Origin: Trypanosoma brucei
Lineage: Eukaryota
Direction of reading: 5' to 3'
DNA length: 64,000 nt
Assembly: GCA_000002445.1 (NCBI GenBank)
Contig: CM000208.1
Coordinates: 544,001 to 608,000, forward strand
The notes below the pieces were generated by a model, which had not been told where the DNA came from, made no database searches, and saw nothing but the letters and a program-made list of their open reading frames with translations. Positions 42,981-54,940 of this stretch are shown piece after piece (position 1 is the stretch's first letter; each line of letters starts with the position of its first letter). The translations under genes and the position numbers were made by a program.

Positions 42981-45782
42981 ATGTACGGCCATGTTGTGGT
43001 GGAGGAGCCACCAACAGTTTTATCCCTTCAGGGACCACTTCTTACACCACAGCAGGAGCAGGAGAAATGGCTCTGTGATTCGCTTGAGACGGTGAAGGAG
43101 GTTGAAGCCGAAATGAAACTGTACATCCGCCGCCGAGAGCAGCGTAACGTGTGGAATGCAGCAGCGAAAATGTTAGCGGAGATGCGAACCGATGTTCTAG
43201 CTCCACAGTATTATTATGAGCTTTACTTGAAGGTATTTGACGTACTACAGGTTCTACATCAGTTTGTGGAAGATGAATATCGAGAGGGGTGCTCGCTGGA
43301 GGAGATGTATGATGTGGTGCAGCACACGGGGAGTATTGTCCCACGTTTGTATCTGCTGATCACCGTTGGGTCGGTGGCCATCAAGTCAGGGGAACAACCG
43401 GCTGTTGAAATAATGCGCGATTTGGTGGAAATGTGCAAAGGCGTACAGCACCCCACGCGCGGGATGTTCCTTCGCCACTATTTGCTAACTGTGACGAAGA
43501 ACAGACTACCAGGTGAAGGCGGTTACACAGGTTCTAAGTCCACAGAGGGCGGAGGCGGGACGGTAGATGAAACGATTGAGCTGCTTCTGCAAAACTTCAA
43601 AGAAATGAACTGGCTGTGGATCCGCATGGATCTAAAGGGGCAACAACGTACTGGGGACCAGCAGCGAACACAACAGCGGGCGCGCAGGGATCGAAAGGAG
43701 TTGTGTGTACTCGTTGGCATGAACATTGTGCGTCTCGCTCAGCTTGACGGTGTGGAGCGCGAAACTTATCAAACCTCCATACTTCCGCGTCTCCTTCAAA
43801 TAATTGTGGGTTATCGTGAGTCACTTGCGCAACAGTACCTTTTTGAGGTGGTTGTGCAGGTGTTTCCTGACGAGTTCCATCTGTTCAGTCTTGAACAGTT
43901 ACTCGCTGCTCTGGGGCAGCTTCAGTCCAAGGTGGATGTAAGTGCCATACTTTCTGCGCTATTGCAACGGTTGGGAAAGTATGCTGAGTTGATGAATGAG
44001 GGAGTGGCGGAAGCCGGAAGCAGTACCGAGAAGGAACTGTTGATGACGATGTTTGATACAGTGAAAACTCGTCTTGACGACATGGCAGATGCTACCAAGA
44101 CCGCTCTCCAAGCCCTGCACGGCGGCGACGTAAATACCCAAGGGAAGGATGGGGTAGAGGGCGTCTCCATTCTTTCCGGCAAGAGCAAGCATCCATACAT
44201 GTTAACTTTCTTTTCGTACATTAAGTCAATGTACAGTTTGGCTGAACTTGCGCTCAAAGTAAACCCCGCTACGGCTCCACAAAATATTGGGCTTATTTTC
44301 ACGGGCATTGCGAACCGTTTGCCTCCCGCACTTGAACAAAACATAATGCTTGGGGTGGGCCGTCTCATTATCCGCGTGATAGAGTGCCTGAAAGATCCTA
44401 GCGTGGTGCTGGACCTTGAGGGCATTGATGTGTTGGTACAACCTCTGTGCGCCTCCACACGTCGCTCCATCGCTCTTGCACTCTGTACAGCATGCTTGCA
44501 TTCCCCCTCGTATCGAATTTCTACCATCAAGTTGGCTGCGCGGCTGTTTGAACTTATTGCGCCACTCGTATACGACGAAGGCGATGTTGCGGGGGGAAGC
44601 AACCAGCCTGAAAAACCTGTCCAGGAGGGTACAACTTTTACCGGTGAAACTCAAATCGACGAGAAGAGTGCGGAGGAACAACAGCTTGTCTGTCGTGTGC
44701 TTCATTTACTACAGTGTGACGATGTAGGGATTCAAGCGAAGATAATGAACGGTGTGAGGAAACAACTGACAAAAGGTGGGCCGCAGCGGATTGTAGCCAC
44801 TTTGCCGACGCTTTTGTCCATGTATATGCAGTTGGCACTGCGCGTCATGAAAGGGGCCACGGTGACGCTAGATCCCGACACAGCAGAAGCAGGGGAGGAG
44901 GAGAGAGGGAGTGGTGGGGAGGGGAAACCGACCGAAAACGTAGAAAAAACAAAATCCGTTACCACTTTTGACATGGAGGAGGCTAGGGCTCTGTGTTCTA
45001 AGATATTCCATTTTGTTCATTCTGGTGATGGCAAGGGTGTATTGGAGGTACTCGCGGGTGAGGCCCCACAGCAAGCATTCTACCTCTACCTTTCTAGTGC
45101 TGCGACGGCAGACGTATGTGAGCTTTCCGAGGTGATCTACGAACATTTTGTGAGTGCGTTTCAAATATATGAACAATCCGGTGTTGACATGAGCGAGCAA
45201 ATTGCAATGGTCGGGTACGCCGTGGCGCAACTGCATGCCTTACACTCGCTGCCAGAGGAAACATATGAGCTTTTGGCTACCAAGGTGTGCCAATATTCTT
45301 CCAAGCTGTTGCGTAAGAGTGATCAGAGCCGCCTTGTAGCTCTTTGTGCACATCTCTTCTGGAAAAAAGACCTTTCACAGGACAGTAATAATCGCATTGT
45401 GGAATGCCTACAGCGAGCGCTGAAGATTGCTAACCATGCGGCTTCTCAACAATCAAAGCAGCAACAGCAACTGTTCGTAGAGTTGCTTAACCTTTTCCTA
45501 CACTACTATGCTGGACGTGCCCCTGGTGTCACCGCTCGGCACGTCACCGGTCTTCTTGATCTCGCACAGGACTCTCTCACCAAGCTTAAGCAACAAGACG
45601 ATGGTGAAGATAACGAGAATGAAGATGAAAAGGACAGGAGTGTCAAGGGGGAGACTAGTGAAGAGGTGCGGCGGTACTACGACAACACAATTCAGTACAT
45701 TCGTACACGGCAGGAAGTTGATGAGCGGTGGAAGGAAATTGGCATGACAGAGGGAGAAGGCGAGGCCGCTGATAATGAGTAG
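42981..45782 (+). CDS. VPS35: Vps35 (retromer complex), 933 aa from ATG 42981
   Basis: QEQEKWL...YYYELYLKVFD...MYDVVQHTGSIVPRLYLLITVGSV...LVEMCKGVQHPTRGMFLRHYLL is nearly colinear with the human VPS35 N-terminus. Confidence 0.9.
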   Translation: MYGHVVVEEPPTVLSLQGPLLTPQQEQEKWLCDSLETVKEVEAEMKLYIRRREQRNVWNAAAKMLAEMRTDVLAPQYYYELYLKVFDVLQVLHQFVEDEYREGCSLEEMYDVVQHTGSIVPRLYLLITVGSVAIKSGEQPAVEIMRDLVEMCKGVQHPTRGMFLRHYLLTVTKNRLPGEGGYTGSKSTEGGGGTVDETIELLLQNFKEMNWLWIRMDLKGQQRTGDQQRTQQRARRDRKELCVLVGMNIVRLAQLDGVERETYQTSILPRLLQIIVGYRESLAQQYLFEVVVQVFPDEFHLFSLEQLLAALGQLQSKVDVSAILSALLQRLGKYAELMNEGVAEAGSSTEKELLMTMFDTVKTRLDDMADATKTALQALHGGDVNTQGKDGVEGVSILSGKSKHPYMLTFFSYIKSMYSLAELALKVNPATAPQNIGLIFTGIANRLPPALEQNIMLGVGRLIIRVIECLKDPSVVLDLEGIDVLVQPLCASTRRSIALALCTACLHSPSYRISTIKLAARLFELIAPLVYDEGDVAGGSNQPEKPVQEGTTFTGETQIDEKSAEEQQLVCRVLHLLQCDDVGIQAKIMNGVRKQLTKGGPQRIVATLPTLLSMYMQLALRVMKGATVTLDPDTAEAGEEERGSGGEGKPTENVEKTKSVTTFDMEEARALCSKIFHFVHSGDGKGVLEVLAGEAPQQAFYLYLSSAATADVCELSEVIYEHFVSAFQIYEQSGVDMSEQIAMVGYAVAQLHALHSLPEETYELLATKVCQYSSKLLRKSDQSRLVALCAHLFWKKDLSQDSNNRIVECLQRALKIANHAASQQSKQQQQLFVELLNLFLHYYAGRAPGVTARHVTGLLDLAQDSLTKLKQQDDGEDNENEDEKDRSVKGETSEEVRRYYDNTIQYIRTRQEVDERWKEIGMTEGEGEAADNE

Positions 45783-47365
45783 TTACAGTGGAGACACATA
45801 TTCATCCACCTCAGTGGGTGACTGCTGGGCATTGTGAAGGGGGAGTATTCCTGGAGGAGGAGGAAGGAGAAAGAAGGGAGAAATTTTGTAACGTGCACAC
45901 GACCTGATTTTGTGCTTTCTTCGCAGTTGGCGAGGATTTCTTGCTTATTACGTGTATCCTTAGTGGCAGTAAGTAGTGAAACTAACCGTAGCCTCTCTGC
46001 CAGCTTTTGCTTTAAAACTTTGTGCGGGACTGCAACTTTTATCATCACTTAACCAGTGGTCTACCCGTTGAATTTTTTCGGTAGTATTTTTTCTTTCTGT
46101 CATTTATTCGGCATCTGTCAATACTGAAAGAAAGGTAAGCCCTCGTGAATAGCATGGACCCCATGCGTCCGTGTGCGTGATTTTGTCACACACAACTAGT
46201 TTTTACTGACACCAATCAGCAATAACGTCTGTCATTCCTCATGCATGACCGCGAGCATCAAGGTGATACCTTCTGCATATGCAAATGACAACCCTGTCAC
46301 GATTCTAAGTTGTTTTGCAACCGCCAGCGTTCCTCCCTTCAGGCCGAAAAAAAACACTTACACTGTTAACTTGGAACTTCACCACCCTTTCAGTGTGCTC
46401 TTGGATGGGGCAAAGTAGTGGCTCGATATCGCAACGATTGCAGTTTCTTCCCCCTCCCCCCCCCCCAGAAACGGCTGTAACCGGACACTACAACATCGTG
46501 TTAAGCAAATTCCTCTTTGTAGAGGGCGATAAAAGATGCAGCGCAGCAGCGACCAATAGGAAATGGAGGTTGGTTTATAGTAATTGAAGGCATTGCAGTT
46601 GCTTGTGCCGCAGAATATTTAAACACACGGGCAAATGCATGCAACCACTTACAGCTGTGTGGGGTATCACAAGGAGTGGAACAAAATAACGGGACTTTTG
46701 GAAGCTTGCAGAGCCGCTTTAATCTGAATCAGCCAGGTCAATACTGGAACCGCAATTACGTGCCCAATAAGCGATCACATTGAACAATGTCAGTATGCGA
46801 ACTGAAGTGAAGAAGGCGGTGCCTGCAGAAATGAACTTGAAGGTTGGCGCTTCATTGAACGAAAGGGGCAACACCACGAAGAATGTTGGTAACTGAACAT
46901 TTTCATTCAACCATGGAATTCTGAAGCATTTTTTTTTTGAACTTTAGCGCTCCACTGGGCATGACAAGCCACTGTGACGCGTTCCGTGTGCGGAACATAA
47001 TAATGCATTTAACTCTGATTGAACAGTGTGGTACGTATAATATCTGCCAGTTCAGTTGCTGTCAGAGCCCACGTGAAGAGCCGAGCGCTGACTCCCAGCG
47101 CACACAACTTCATATTGTGATGAATGCCATCCTTTCATTATTTCTAGTTGTAAGTAGTGATGTGTAAAATATTTCTTCATGTTCTTTTTGTCGTTCGTAC
47201 CTTTGCGTCCACTTTTTTATCTCTTCTTAGTTTTCATACCTGATACGTATCTTCCGGTGGTGCTCCCTATAGAAAGCGGGTCTATATACGTGTTGTCACA
47301 GAAAAAAAAAAGTGAGATAAAGACAAAAAGCGTGTTTTGTCTATTTTATAAGAGGTGGACTGACA

Positions 47366-48889
47366 ATGGAATCGCTTATAAAAAACATACAGAGTGACCT
47401 GGACTTGGTACGTGGTGCCCTTGCACGGGCAGCTTTTAACCAAAACCCGACATCGGCATCGAAGGAAGGCATTGGCGGGGAATCTCAAGAAGATGCGAAA
47501 AGTTGTCAGCGATCACCGCAGCGTGGAGGAGACACGGTTTTGGTCCAACCTGTGGATGACAGGGAACCGGAGGCATTAGCTGTCGCATCTGCTGCTGAGT
47601 TGAGTGCGCTTCGTGAGCAGGTCGCCGCGCTCTCTGCGGTAGAACTGCAGCGTTCGAAGCTGGAGGCACAGCTTGCTGCAAGGGATGCCGCACTTCGACA
47701 TTATACTCAATCTCACCTAGCCTTATCGACGAAAGAGCAAAAGCAGCGGCGCGAACTTGAGCAAACTGCGAGTACACTAAAGGAGGCGGAAGCGGAGTTA
47801 GTCATGTGGCGTGAACGGCATCAGCGGCTCCAACGTGAAGTGCAGGTGCTTCAGCACGAGTTGGAGGCTCTAGCGGCACAGTGCGATCGACTCCAGTCTT
47901 CTGTGCTAGAGCTGCGCGAACTTTCGCGACGAGCCATCGATGATAACAACGCACTGCGGAAAGAAAAGCGGGAACTGAGGGAGGAGTGTGAAACGCTACA
48001 GAGCGTTCGTGCAGCACTCAATGATTCTGTCGCTCGTGAAGAGGCATTGACTCAGGAATTACAAGCCTTGCGTGACGCAAGTACGGAGTCGGAAGCGTAC
48101 TTCAAGGCAGCGGTTGCTGAGGTGGAGGCACGACGGCAGTACTGGGCTGCTGTGCAAGGTCAGCACGAATCCCTTCTAGAGGCTCTTGCATTGACGCAGA
48201 AAACAGCCCAGATGTGGGAGGATCGTTTTGCATCGGAATGTACGCCAAAGGTTTTTGGAGTCAATGAGGTTCCCGCAGACCTTCCTGTCGATGATTTTGA
48301 ACGCCCAAAAGAGGAACTACTCATCTCCACAACCGAGGATGGCGGAAGCCAGAGAGAAGTTAATAAAGGGGGTGACGAGGCAGTGGATAGGGAAAGTGCT
48401 TCTTTAGTTGCAGCCCTTGAAGCCAAGGTTGTTGACTTGGCTTTACACCTGCAAGAGCAACGTGCGGAGGCGGAGGCGGCGAAGGATGCTTACAACACCC
48501 TTGCCGCTGTGGTTGAGCGTGAGTCTTGTGATTTACTTGAGCTCCGCCGTAAGCTAGCAGCACAGCGCCCCGAGTGCATGAACCTCATAGATACGAACAC
48601 TCGCCTGCAGGCTGCACTATTGGCACGTGAAAGTTATGTGGAGGCACTGCAGGACTTTGTTGTAGCGATTCTTGACGACCTAACGGGGTTGACCTTTCAC
48701 TGCTACGAGTTGGAAGTGCAGTTAGCAATTTCGGGCGCAGCGACGCCCGTAACAGTTAGTGGCGATGGACGGGAGCCGGTTGCACGCCGTTCCACAGCCC
48801 TTAATTTAATTCAGAGCAAACAACAGAGATGCCAGGAATCATGGCGTATAACCGTACCGCGTGGTAAACGGGGTAGTAAAGGGATATGA
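47366..48889 (+). CDS. Hypothetical coiled-coil protein (507 aa)
   Basis: Long Ala/Glu/Leu/Arg-rich heptad segments (ELVMWRERHQRLQREVQVLQHELEALAAQCDRLQ). No catalytic motif. Confidence 0.45.
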   Translation: MESLIKNIQSDLDLVRGALARAAFNQNPTSASKEGIGGESQEDAKSCQRSPQRGGDTVLVQPVDDREPEALAVASAAELSALREQVAALSAVELQRSKLEAQLAARDAALRHYTQSHLALSTKEQKQRRELEQTASTLKEAEAELVMWRERHQRLQREVQVLQHELEALAAQCDRLQSSVLELRELSRRAIDDNNALRKEKRELREECETLQSVRAALNDSVAREEALTQELQALRDASTESEAYFKAAVAEVEARRQYWAAVQGQHESLLEALALTQKTAQMWEDRFASECTPKVFGVNEVPADLPVDDFERPKEELLISTTEDGGSQREVNKGGDEAVDRESASLVAALEAKVVDLALHLQEQRAEAEAAKDAYNTLAAVVERESCDLLELRRKLAAQRPECMNLIDTNTRLQAALLARESYVEALQDFVVAILDDLTGLTFHCYELEVQLAISGAATPVTVSGDGREPVARRSTALNLIQSKQQRCQESWRITVPRGKRGSKGI

Positions 48890-49666
48890 TCAGGGTATTA
48901 TTTTGCTGTGGACTTTTTTTTCAAAAAAAAAACAAAACACACTCTGTCTTTTTTTTTCTTTTTTTCTCTCTCGTTTTTCCCCTCTTAATTCTGCTTCAGT
49001 TTTATGGGTACGTGCGGGTGTGTTATTATACCGCATAAATGTTACAGATTAGTTTCGTGCATATCCTCTACGTTGCAATTTTTCACTTTAGTTTGAATAT
49101 TCACTTTCGTTTTTACTTTGTTGGTTTCCCTTATTCTCATGTCTTTTTTTAAATCTTCCCTTTTTACTCAATATTTAACACATACGCATGCAAACATTTA
49201 TGGGATCAACATTGGAAACTGCTTTATTTTGTTTTCTGTTTCATCCTGGCGACAAGCTTCGTGATGAAACCTCGGGAGGCTCATTAACTTTTCTTGACTC
49301 TGAAACTACTGTCCTTTGGCTGGATGATTTCAGGATGTACTGTGTTTGTGCATGAGTGAACTGCCCCCGATTAAAAGTAAGTGTTTTCATTTCTATTTTC
49401 TACACTGCCTTCTTCCCCCTGAGTGCTTTCGTTACTTTTTGCATAAGTCTGTTACTGGTTTTACAGCGGCTGGAGAGAATTGTGTGTTTTTTTCCACTTA
49501 TTTGACTGGCGCACCGCTACACACTACTGATTCATCGAAAAACACTGCACGCAACGTTGCACATTAAGTTCGTACTTTTTTTTTGTTTTGGTTTGTACGA
49601 AGTATACCAGAAGGAGGGGAAAACCTGCGTTACGTCTCTACGGCTAAGGCAAAAGTAATTAGCGAC

Positions 49667-50917
49667 ATGGTCAAGGAGACAGAGTACTACGAGCTGCTTG
49701 GCGTAGCGGTTGATGCTACTGAAAATGACATCAAACGCGCTTATCGGCGGTTGGCCCTGCGATACCATCCTGACAAAAACCCTGACAACGCAGAGGCTGC
49801 GGAGATGTTCAAACAGATTAGTCACGCCTATGAAGTTCTCAGTGATGAGGATAAGAGAAAACTGTACGACCAGCACGGGAAAGATGGACTTAGTGGTGGC
49901 GGTGATGAGGGTGAATTTGACGCATCGGATATCTTCTCCATGTTCTTCGGTGGTGGGCGGCGACAACGTGGCGAGCGCAAACCAAGGGATCTCGTACACG
50001 AACTGGCGGTATCGCTAGAAGATATGTACAATGGGCGTGTGAAGCGTGTTGCAGTCACGCGTGACAGGTTATGTAGCCAATGCGATGGGAGTGGTGTGCG
50101 CCCTGGGGCTCAACAGCAAATGTGTGAGGCATGCAATGGCCAAGGCATACAAGTGCTTGTGCAGCACATAATCCCCGGTGTTCGCCAGCAGGTGCAGTTA
50201 ACATGCCAAAACTGTGGGGGTTGCGGGAAGTATGTGAGGGAGAGCGACGTTTGCCGGCGCTGCCATGGGAAGCAAATGGTAAGGGATGAAAAAGTTTTGG
50301 AGGTACCAATCGAGCGGGGTATGAAGGCGGATGATGCGATACGTTTTGAAGGCGAGGGAGATGAAGTGCTGGGGGTGCGACTAAAGGGAGATGTGCTCAT
50401 CATTCTAGCGGAAAAGCCACATGACGTATTCCGTCGAGTAGGAGATCATCTCATCATGAACTATCGCATCACTTTACAGGAAGCTCTCTGTGGCTTTGAG
50501 CTCCCGGTACAGCACTTAGACAAACGAATGCTGCTGATAAAGATCCCAGCTGGGCAAGTGATTGACCCGGAGGCAGGTTGGGTTGTCCATCGCGAAGGTA
50601 TGCCGCTGCCGAACACGGGCGGAATTGAGCGAGGTAACCTCATCATCCACTTCGAGGTGGAGTACCCGACGAAGTTAAGCTCACGGCAGATTGATCTGAT
50701 CGCGGACGCTTTTCACGTATCTGAAGGGTTCCCCCACGTGGGAGGGCAGAAAGTTGTGCTTCGGGATGAGACCGCACGACGGCAGAGAAGGAATACGGCA
50801 TCGGCCAGGCAGGCGCAACAGCGGCGTTCCAGGGATACTCGCGGCTTTGACAACCCGGATGTCTTCAGTATGGGATTCGGTGGAGGTCAAACAGCACATC
50901 AGTGTACTCAACAGTAG
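49667..50917 (+). CDS. Type I DnaJ/Hsp40 (Ydj1/DNAJA-like) with C-terminal CaaX box, 416 aa
   Basis: J domain YYELLGV...[13 protein letters not shown]. Four CxxCxGxG zinc-finger repeats ([32 protein letters not shown]). C-terminal CTQQ prenylation motif. Confidence 0.9.
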   Translation: MVKETEYYELLGVAVDATENDIKRAYRRLALRYHPDKNPDNAEAAEMFKQISHAYEVLSDEDKRKLYDQHGKDGLSGGGDEGEFDASDIFSMFFGGGRRQRGERKPRDLVHELAVSLEDMYNGRVKRVAVTRDRLCSQCDGSGVRPGAQQQMCEACNGQGIQVLVQHIIPGVRQQVQLTCQNCGGCGKYVRESDVCRRCHGKQMVRDEKVLEVPIERGMKADDAIRFEGEGDEVLGVRLKGDVLIILAEKPHDVFRRVGDHLIMNYRITLQEALCGFELPVQHLDKRMLLIKIPAGQVIDPEAGWVVHREGMPLPNTGGIERGNLIIHFEVEYPTKLSSRQIDLIADAFHVSEGFPHVGGQKVVLRDETARRQRRNTASARQAQQRRSRDTRGFDNPDVFSMGFGGGQTAHQCTQQ

Positions 50918-50940
50918 GCCAGGGAGAGGGACAGAGAGTT

Positions 50941-50972
<32 letters not shown>

Positions 50973-50990
50973 TAGAAGAAGAAGAAGAGT
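50941..50990. repeat. (TG)n(GA)n(GAA)n compound microsatellite
   Basis: tgtgtgtgtgtgtgtgtgagagagagagagagtagaagaagaagaag. Confidence 0.85.
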
Positions 50991-52140
50991 GGAATGGGAA
51001 GTAGTAGGTGTTTCTAGTCGGGACGGGAATAAAGGTTTATCCATCAGAGGAGGGGGAAAACAAAAGAAAATAGCAAAACACAACAGGAGCAAGCACCGGT
51101 AAGGAAAATATGAAGTGCATGTCTGGGGAAGGTATAATAAAGAGCAGGGACATGACGTAGTGGAGCGGGATTTGCGCTACTTTTGCTTTTGTATATTTTC
51201 GTGAAGGACGTTTATTACAAGGGGATGCCAAAGAGAAGACAATTTTTTTTTTCTGTTGTCGTTAAAGGGGAGGAGGGCACTATCTCGCGTGTATTCCCAT
51301 CGCTTCCACTGGTCCGTTGTTGCGGTTGGTTTACTGTTGAATGGCTCACCAACTGAGAGAATGAGTCAGCCCAGAAAAAAAAGATCAAATATTGTCTTCG
51401 AGTTTTGTGTTTTGCTTTATTTTGTTTCTGTTGTTGCAGTTGCTCGTCTCCTTTCCTGTTTTCGTTTTTAGGTCCTCAACTTCATTTACAATTTGTGGGG
51501 TTATGATACGCACCGTGTTTGTTGATGTTGGCTACTTTTTCCTCTGTCTCTCCCTTCCCCATGCGGTTCAACACCGACATCCTACTTCCAGTATTATTAC
51601 AACTCATTATTTGGATAACAATATTTAATAACTTCAGTAAAAAAGGAAAAAAAAACATCTTGAACTCTCTGAGTAAAATAATTTTCCCTGCTGAAAGTTA
51701 ACGGAAGTGAGGGGGATAATAAGGTTAAGTGGTGCTCGTTAGTGAAGTGATAAGGAAAAAAAGGGAAAATGAACAGTAAAACATCAATCCTTTTCATGCC
51801 ACACAAGCGAACGAGCTCTTTTGCCCTTAATTTTTTCTCTTACCAAACACACGAACATATAAATATAAATATATAAATTAATATATATATATATATATAT
51901 ATATATTTCAAGGGCGTTGTGACAGTAAAATTTTGTTGCTGTCCCTGACTCAATTTGGAACTTTATTCGAGTTACTAGACCACACACGCGGTCACGTACA
52001 CCCACGTGACCATACAAACACTGCTCGTATTTGAGTAAGCAAGTTTCAATAACGGCCACCTCAGCTCCCTACTGCTTAAAGACAAGGTACAATCAGGGCC
52101 CGCTCGCGTTGCGTCTGTACAAAAGTGAATACAAACGGTT

Positions 52141-52719
52141 ATGTTTTCGAGACACTCCTTGTGGGTCCCCGCCGCATCTCATTTTCCAAAATTTGTGGAG
52201 CATTTTAATCGTTTTTTGAAAGCTTCCCCTCACAATGTGGAGCTACAGAAAGCCCTTTGCTACAAGGAGGAGGAAACTCAACTGCTGATAATACAGGATC
52301 CAAAGGCCCGTCAGCCTATATTTGCAATGGCTTTCCCCTTTACTGTTACATCTGCCCTCTGTGATGGCTCTCGAATGGGATTGGGGACCTTTACTTCACT
52401 TGTCGACACCACAACGTCGCTACATGTTGCCGCCGCACTGCTTCCCACAAATGATATGCATGTTTCGGTAAGCCTCCAGACTAATTGTGTGCAGCCCATC
52501 ACGGCTGGGGAAAAGGTGGTGATGATTAGCCGCATGGATAAATTCGGCAAGCGACTCGCGTTTCTCTCAGCGCGGCTTCTTCGCTTGGATGATGTTTACG
52601 AAAATACCGTTGCTCCCACAGCAGGAAGAGAACTAGAAGAATTGGAGCGTCAGCTCAGCCAATATCAAACGCTAGCGAACGGGACTCATGTGAAGTGCAT
52701 TTTGACTGGAAAATCGTGA
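52141..52719 (+). CDS. Hypothetical protein, possibly a hotdog-fold (PaaI-like) thioesterase (192 aa)
   Basis: The pattern LCDGSRMGLGTFTSLVDTTTSLHVAAALL...VSVSLQTNCVQPITAGEKVVMISRMDKFGKRLAFLSARL resembles the 4HBT/PaaI core, but the HGG motif is not evident. Confidence 0.3.
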   Translation: MFSRHSLWVPAASHFPKFVEHFNRFLKASPHNVELQKALCYKEEETQLLIIQDPKARQPIFAMAFPFTVTSALCDGSRMGLGTFTSLVDTTTSLHVAAALLPTNDMHVSVSLQTNCVQPITAGEKVVMISRMDKFGKRLAFLSARLLRLDDVYENTVAPTAGRELEELERQLSQYQTLANGTHVKCILTGKS

Positions 52720-53068
52720 GAGCTTCATCCACTGGGATCTTTCTTTAAACCGTTGGGTCACTCGACCAGGTTACATAAGTAAATGTGTTTGCGTATACGT
52801 ATGTGCATAAAAGTCGACGGGTGTGGTCGCAATACCCAACGTATTTCTCCAAAAGGCACGAACGAAACAATACCATTCTTCGCAAAACTGTCCTCCCACC
52901 CTCATTGCTCGTAAAATGTCTTTTAGTTTCACACCAGAGGCTACTCCCCTTCTCTTCTGTTTTCCTTCTAATTCTTTTCGTTTTTGTGCTCCTGTTCTTA
53001 CTTCCCAACGTGGTATGTGACAGTTTAACCCGACGCAGTGTGAGGTGGCACGTTGACGGGCACTGGAT

Positions 53069-54514
53069 ATGAACCGCAACGCGGCGCAGAGCATGACAAA
53101 TGTTGTGCATGCCACCGATGTGCTGGGAAGCGCACTTACAGCCATCGATGCCATCGTTGCTGACGCGCAGCAGCATCAGCGGAAGAAGGAGCAGCGGGAA
53201 GGTACGGGTCCTGCGTTGGCTGGAATAAAACGCCAACGAGGTGGTGAGGTGTTTGCAGTGATGGCGGAGCCGCACTTCCGAGCACTTCAGACAATTGTTT
53301 TGCTGTATGGTGTGCAACTTATGCCGTCACTCGATGCAATCATGCGGCGCGTACTCATTTGTGTGACATCTCCTGTTCTTGTGAGCAGTGATTGTTGGGA
53401 GCTGGCAGCAATGCTTGGCACATACTTCCGAGCGGGTGCGGCACGACTGCTGGAGGAAGTGTTGGCACTTCTGCTCGCCGAGAGGAGTCCCTTCCTGTTA
53501 GGTTCCCCGTGTGTGGTAGTAGACGTGGTAGCCAGTCAAGGCCTTCCCGCTAACACCAACGGCAGCACTGACATCAGTGGTAAAGACCGCAACGCAGTTG
53601 ATCAGGAGAAGGTATACGATGGCTCATCAACACAGCGTAACTTGCGTGCATTTGACGATCTTCTGGTAGCGTTGGGTCCTTTTCTTCCCTCTTCAACGAT
53701 GCAGCAAGTAGCGCTACGTTACGCGGAAGAGGTTGTTGTGAATGGCATGCTTAATGCTCAAGCGTCCGCAGGTTGCTCTACTGGGCAGTTGGCAAGTTAT
53801 CAAGAGAGACAACAACAACAGGTGGAACCGCAACAAACCTCCGTGGAAGCCGTTCTGAGACCGCAGTGTGTTAGCTTACTGACGACATTATTAACGTTGT
53901 GTAGGCCACTACCCAGTAACACTGCAGCGTGTGCTGTTCGGGCGGTAAAGGAGCTCCCCATGAGATCTTTTTCACTTTACGGGGGTGTTGAGCACCACCA
54001 GCTACTTCGGTCTGTTATGCGACTTTCTGTAACCCTTACGGCACTGCGTCATCCATACGCTATTCCGTTTTATGTCCCACCTCGAGACGTCGTGGAGCGA
54101 CCTACGAGGCGTGTGACAATGGAAGAGGGGTCTGACGGGCATAAAGTTGAGTCCGCTCAAGTGTATCCAAACAATGAGAAAATGCCTGCAGTGGGCCTCC
54201 CGATACCCATCAGTGGTGGTATTAAGGGTAATGACGGTCACAGTAAGCGGCGAGAAGAGGAGGGGAATATTAAAGCTGCCTACCAGTCAACGACTCCGAT
54301 GGAAAGTAAAACAGTAGCAACTCCGCAGCGGCAACCGCAGCAGTTTGAGGGAACTGCCGAGAAATATTGCGAAAGCAGCGTGTCTCCTGCAGTTTCACAG
54401 AAGCAGAAACCACAAGCGGAGCCGACTGCATCACAAGCACCTCTTACTCTAACGGTTAGCGCTGACGATGACGACGATGATGTGGAAATCCCAGAGATTG
54501 ATATGGAGGACTAA
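53069..54514 (+). CDS. Hypothetical protein with acidic C-terminal tail (481 aa)
   Basis: Long ORF in the sense orientation of the array. The C-terminus is DDDDDDVEIPEIDMED. No recognised domain. Confidence 0.4.
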   Translation: MNRNAAQSMTNVVHATDVLGSALTAIDAIVADAQQHQRKKEQREGTGPALAGIKRQRGGEVFAVMAEPHFRALQTIVLLYGVQLMPSLDAIMRRVLICVTSPVLVSSDCWELAAMLGTYFRAGAARLLEEVLALLLAERSPFLLGSPCVVVDVVASQGLPANTNGSTDISGKDRNAVDQEKVYDGSSTQRNLRAFDDLLVALGPFLPSSTMQQVALRYAEEVVVNGMLNAQASAGCSTGQLASYQERQQQQVEPQQTSVEAVLRPQCVSLLTTLLTLCRPLPSNTAACAVRAVKELPMRSFSLYGGVEHHQLLRSVMRLSVTLTALRHPYAIPFYVPPRDVVERPTRRVTMEEGSDGHKVESAQVYPNNEKMPAVGLPIPISGGIKGNDGHSKRREEEGNIKAAYQSTTPMESKTVATPQRQPQQFEGTAEKYCESSVSPAVSQKQKPQAEPTASQAPLTLTVSADDDDDDVEIPEIDMED

Positions 54515-54940
54515 AATGGTGGTTGGAAAAGGTAAAAGGTGTAAGAGAAAAAGCCTTTCATCGAGCGTGTAAATCCAGTCATTCAGTTAACAACGCTGCG
54601 TAAGAACCTAATTGCAAGATGCAAAGTTTGCCTTTTTCTTTTCGGTTCAGTTGGTGGGAGCCCCTGATGTTTCACATAATGGCAGTTGAGTTTTACAAGT
54701 CTGTTTGCTGTTCTTGCTCTCCTCAAGACCTTTGTCCCATTTTGATACCGTTCTGGATGAAATGGTCATGGTAAACGAAACAAAACGAAGTGAAAAAGTG
54801 CAATCTGTGAAGCGAAACGGAAAGTGGGGAGGCGAAGGTAGGGGTTAGTTCTATCACAATATAACCGAAAGTTACCTCGCTGAGGCTCACCGGAAGCGGG
54901 CGAATCGACAGTACTCAGCGCGTTAGGGGTTACCATCCAG

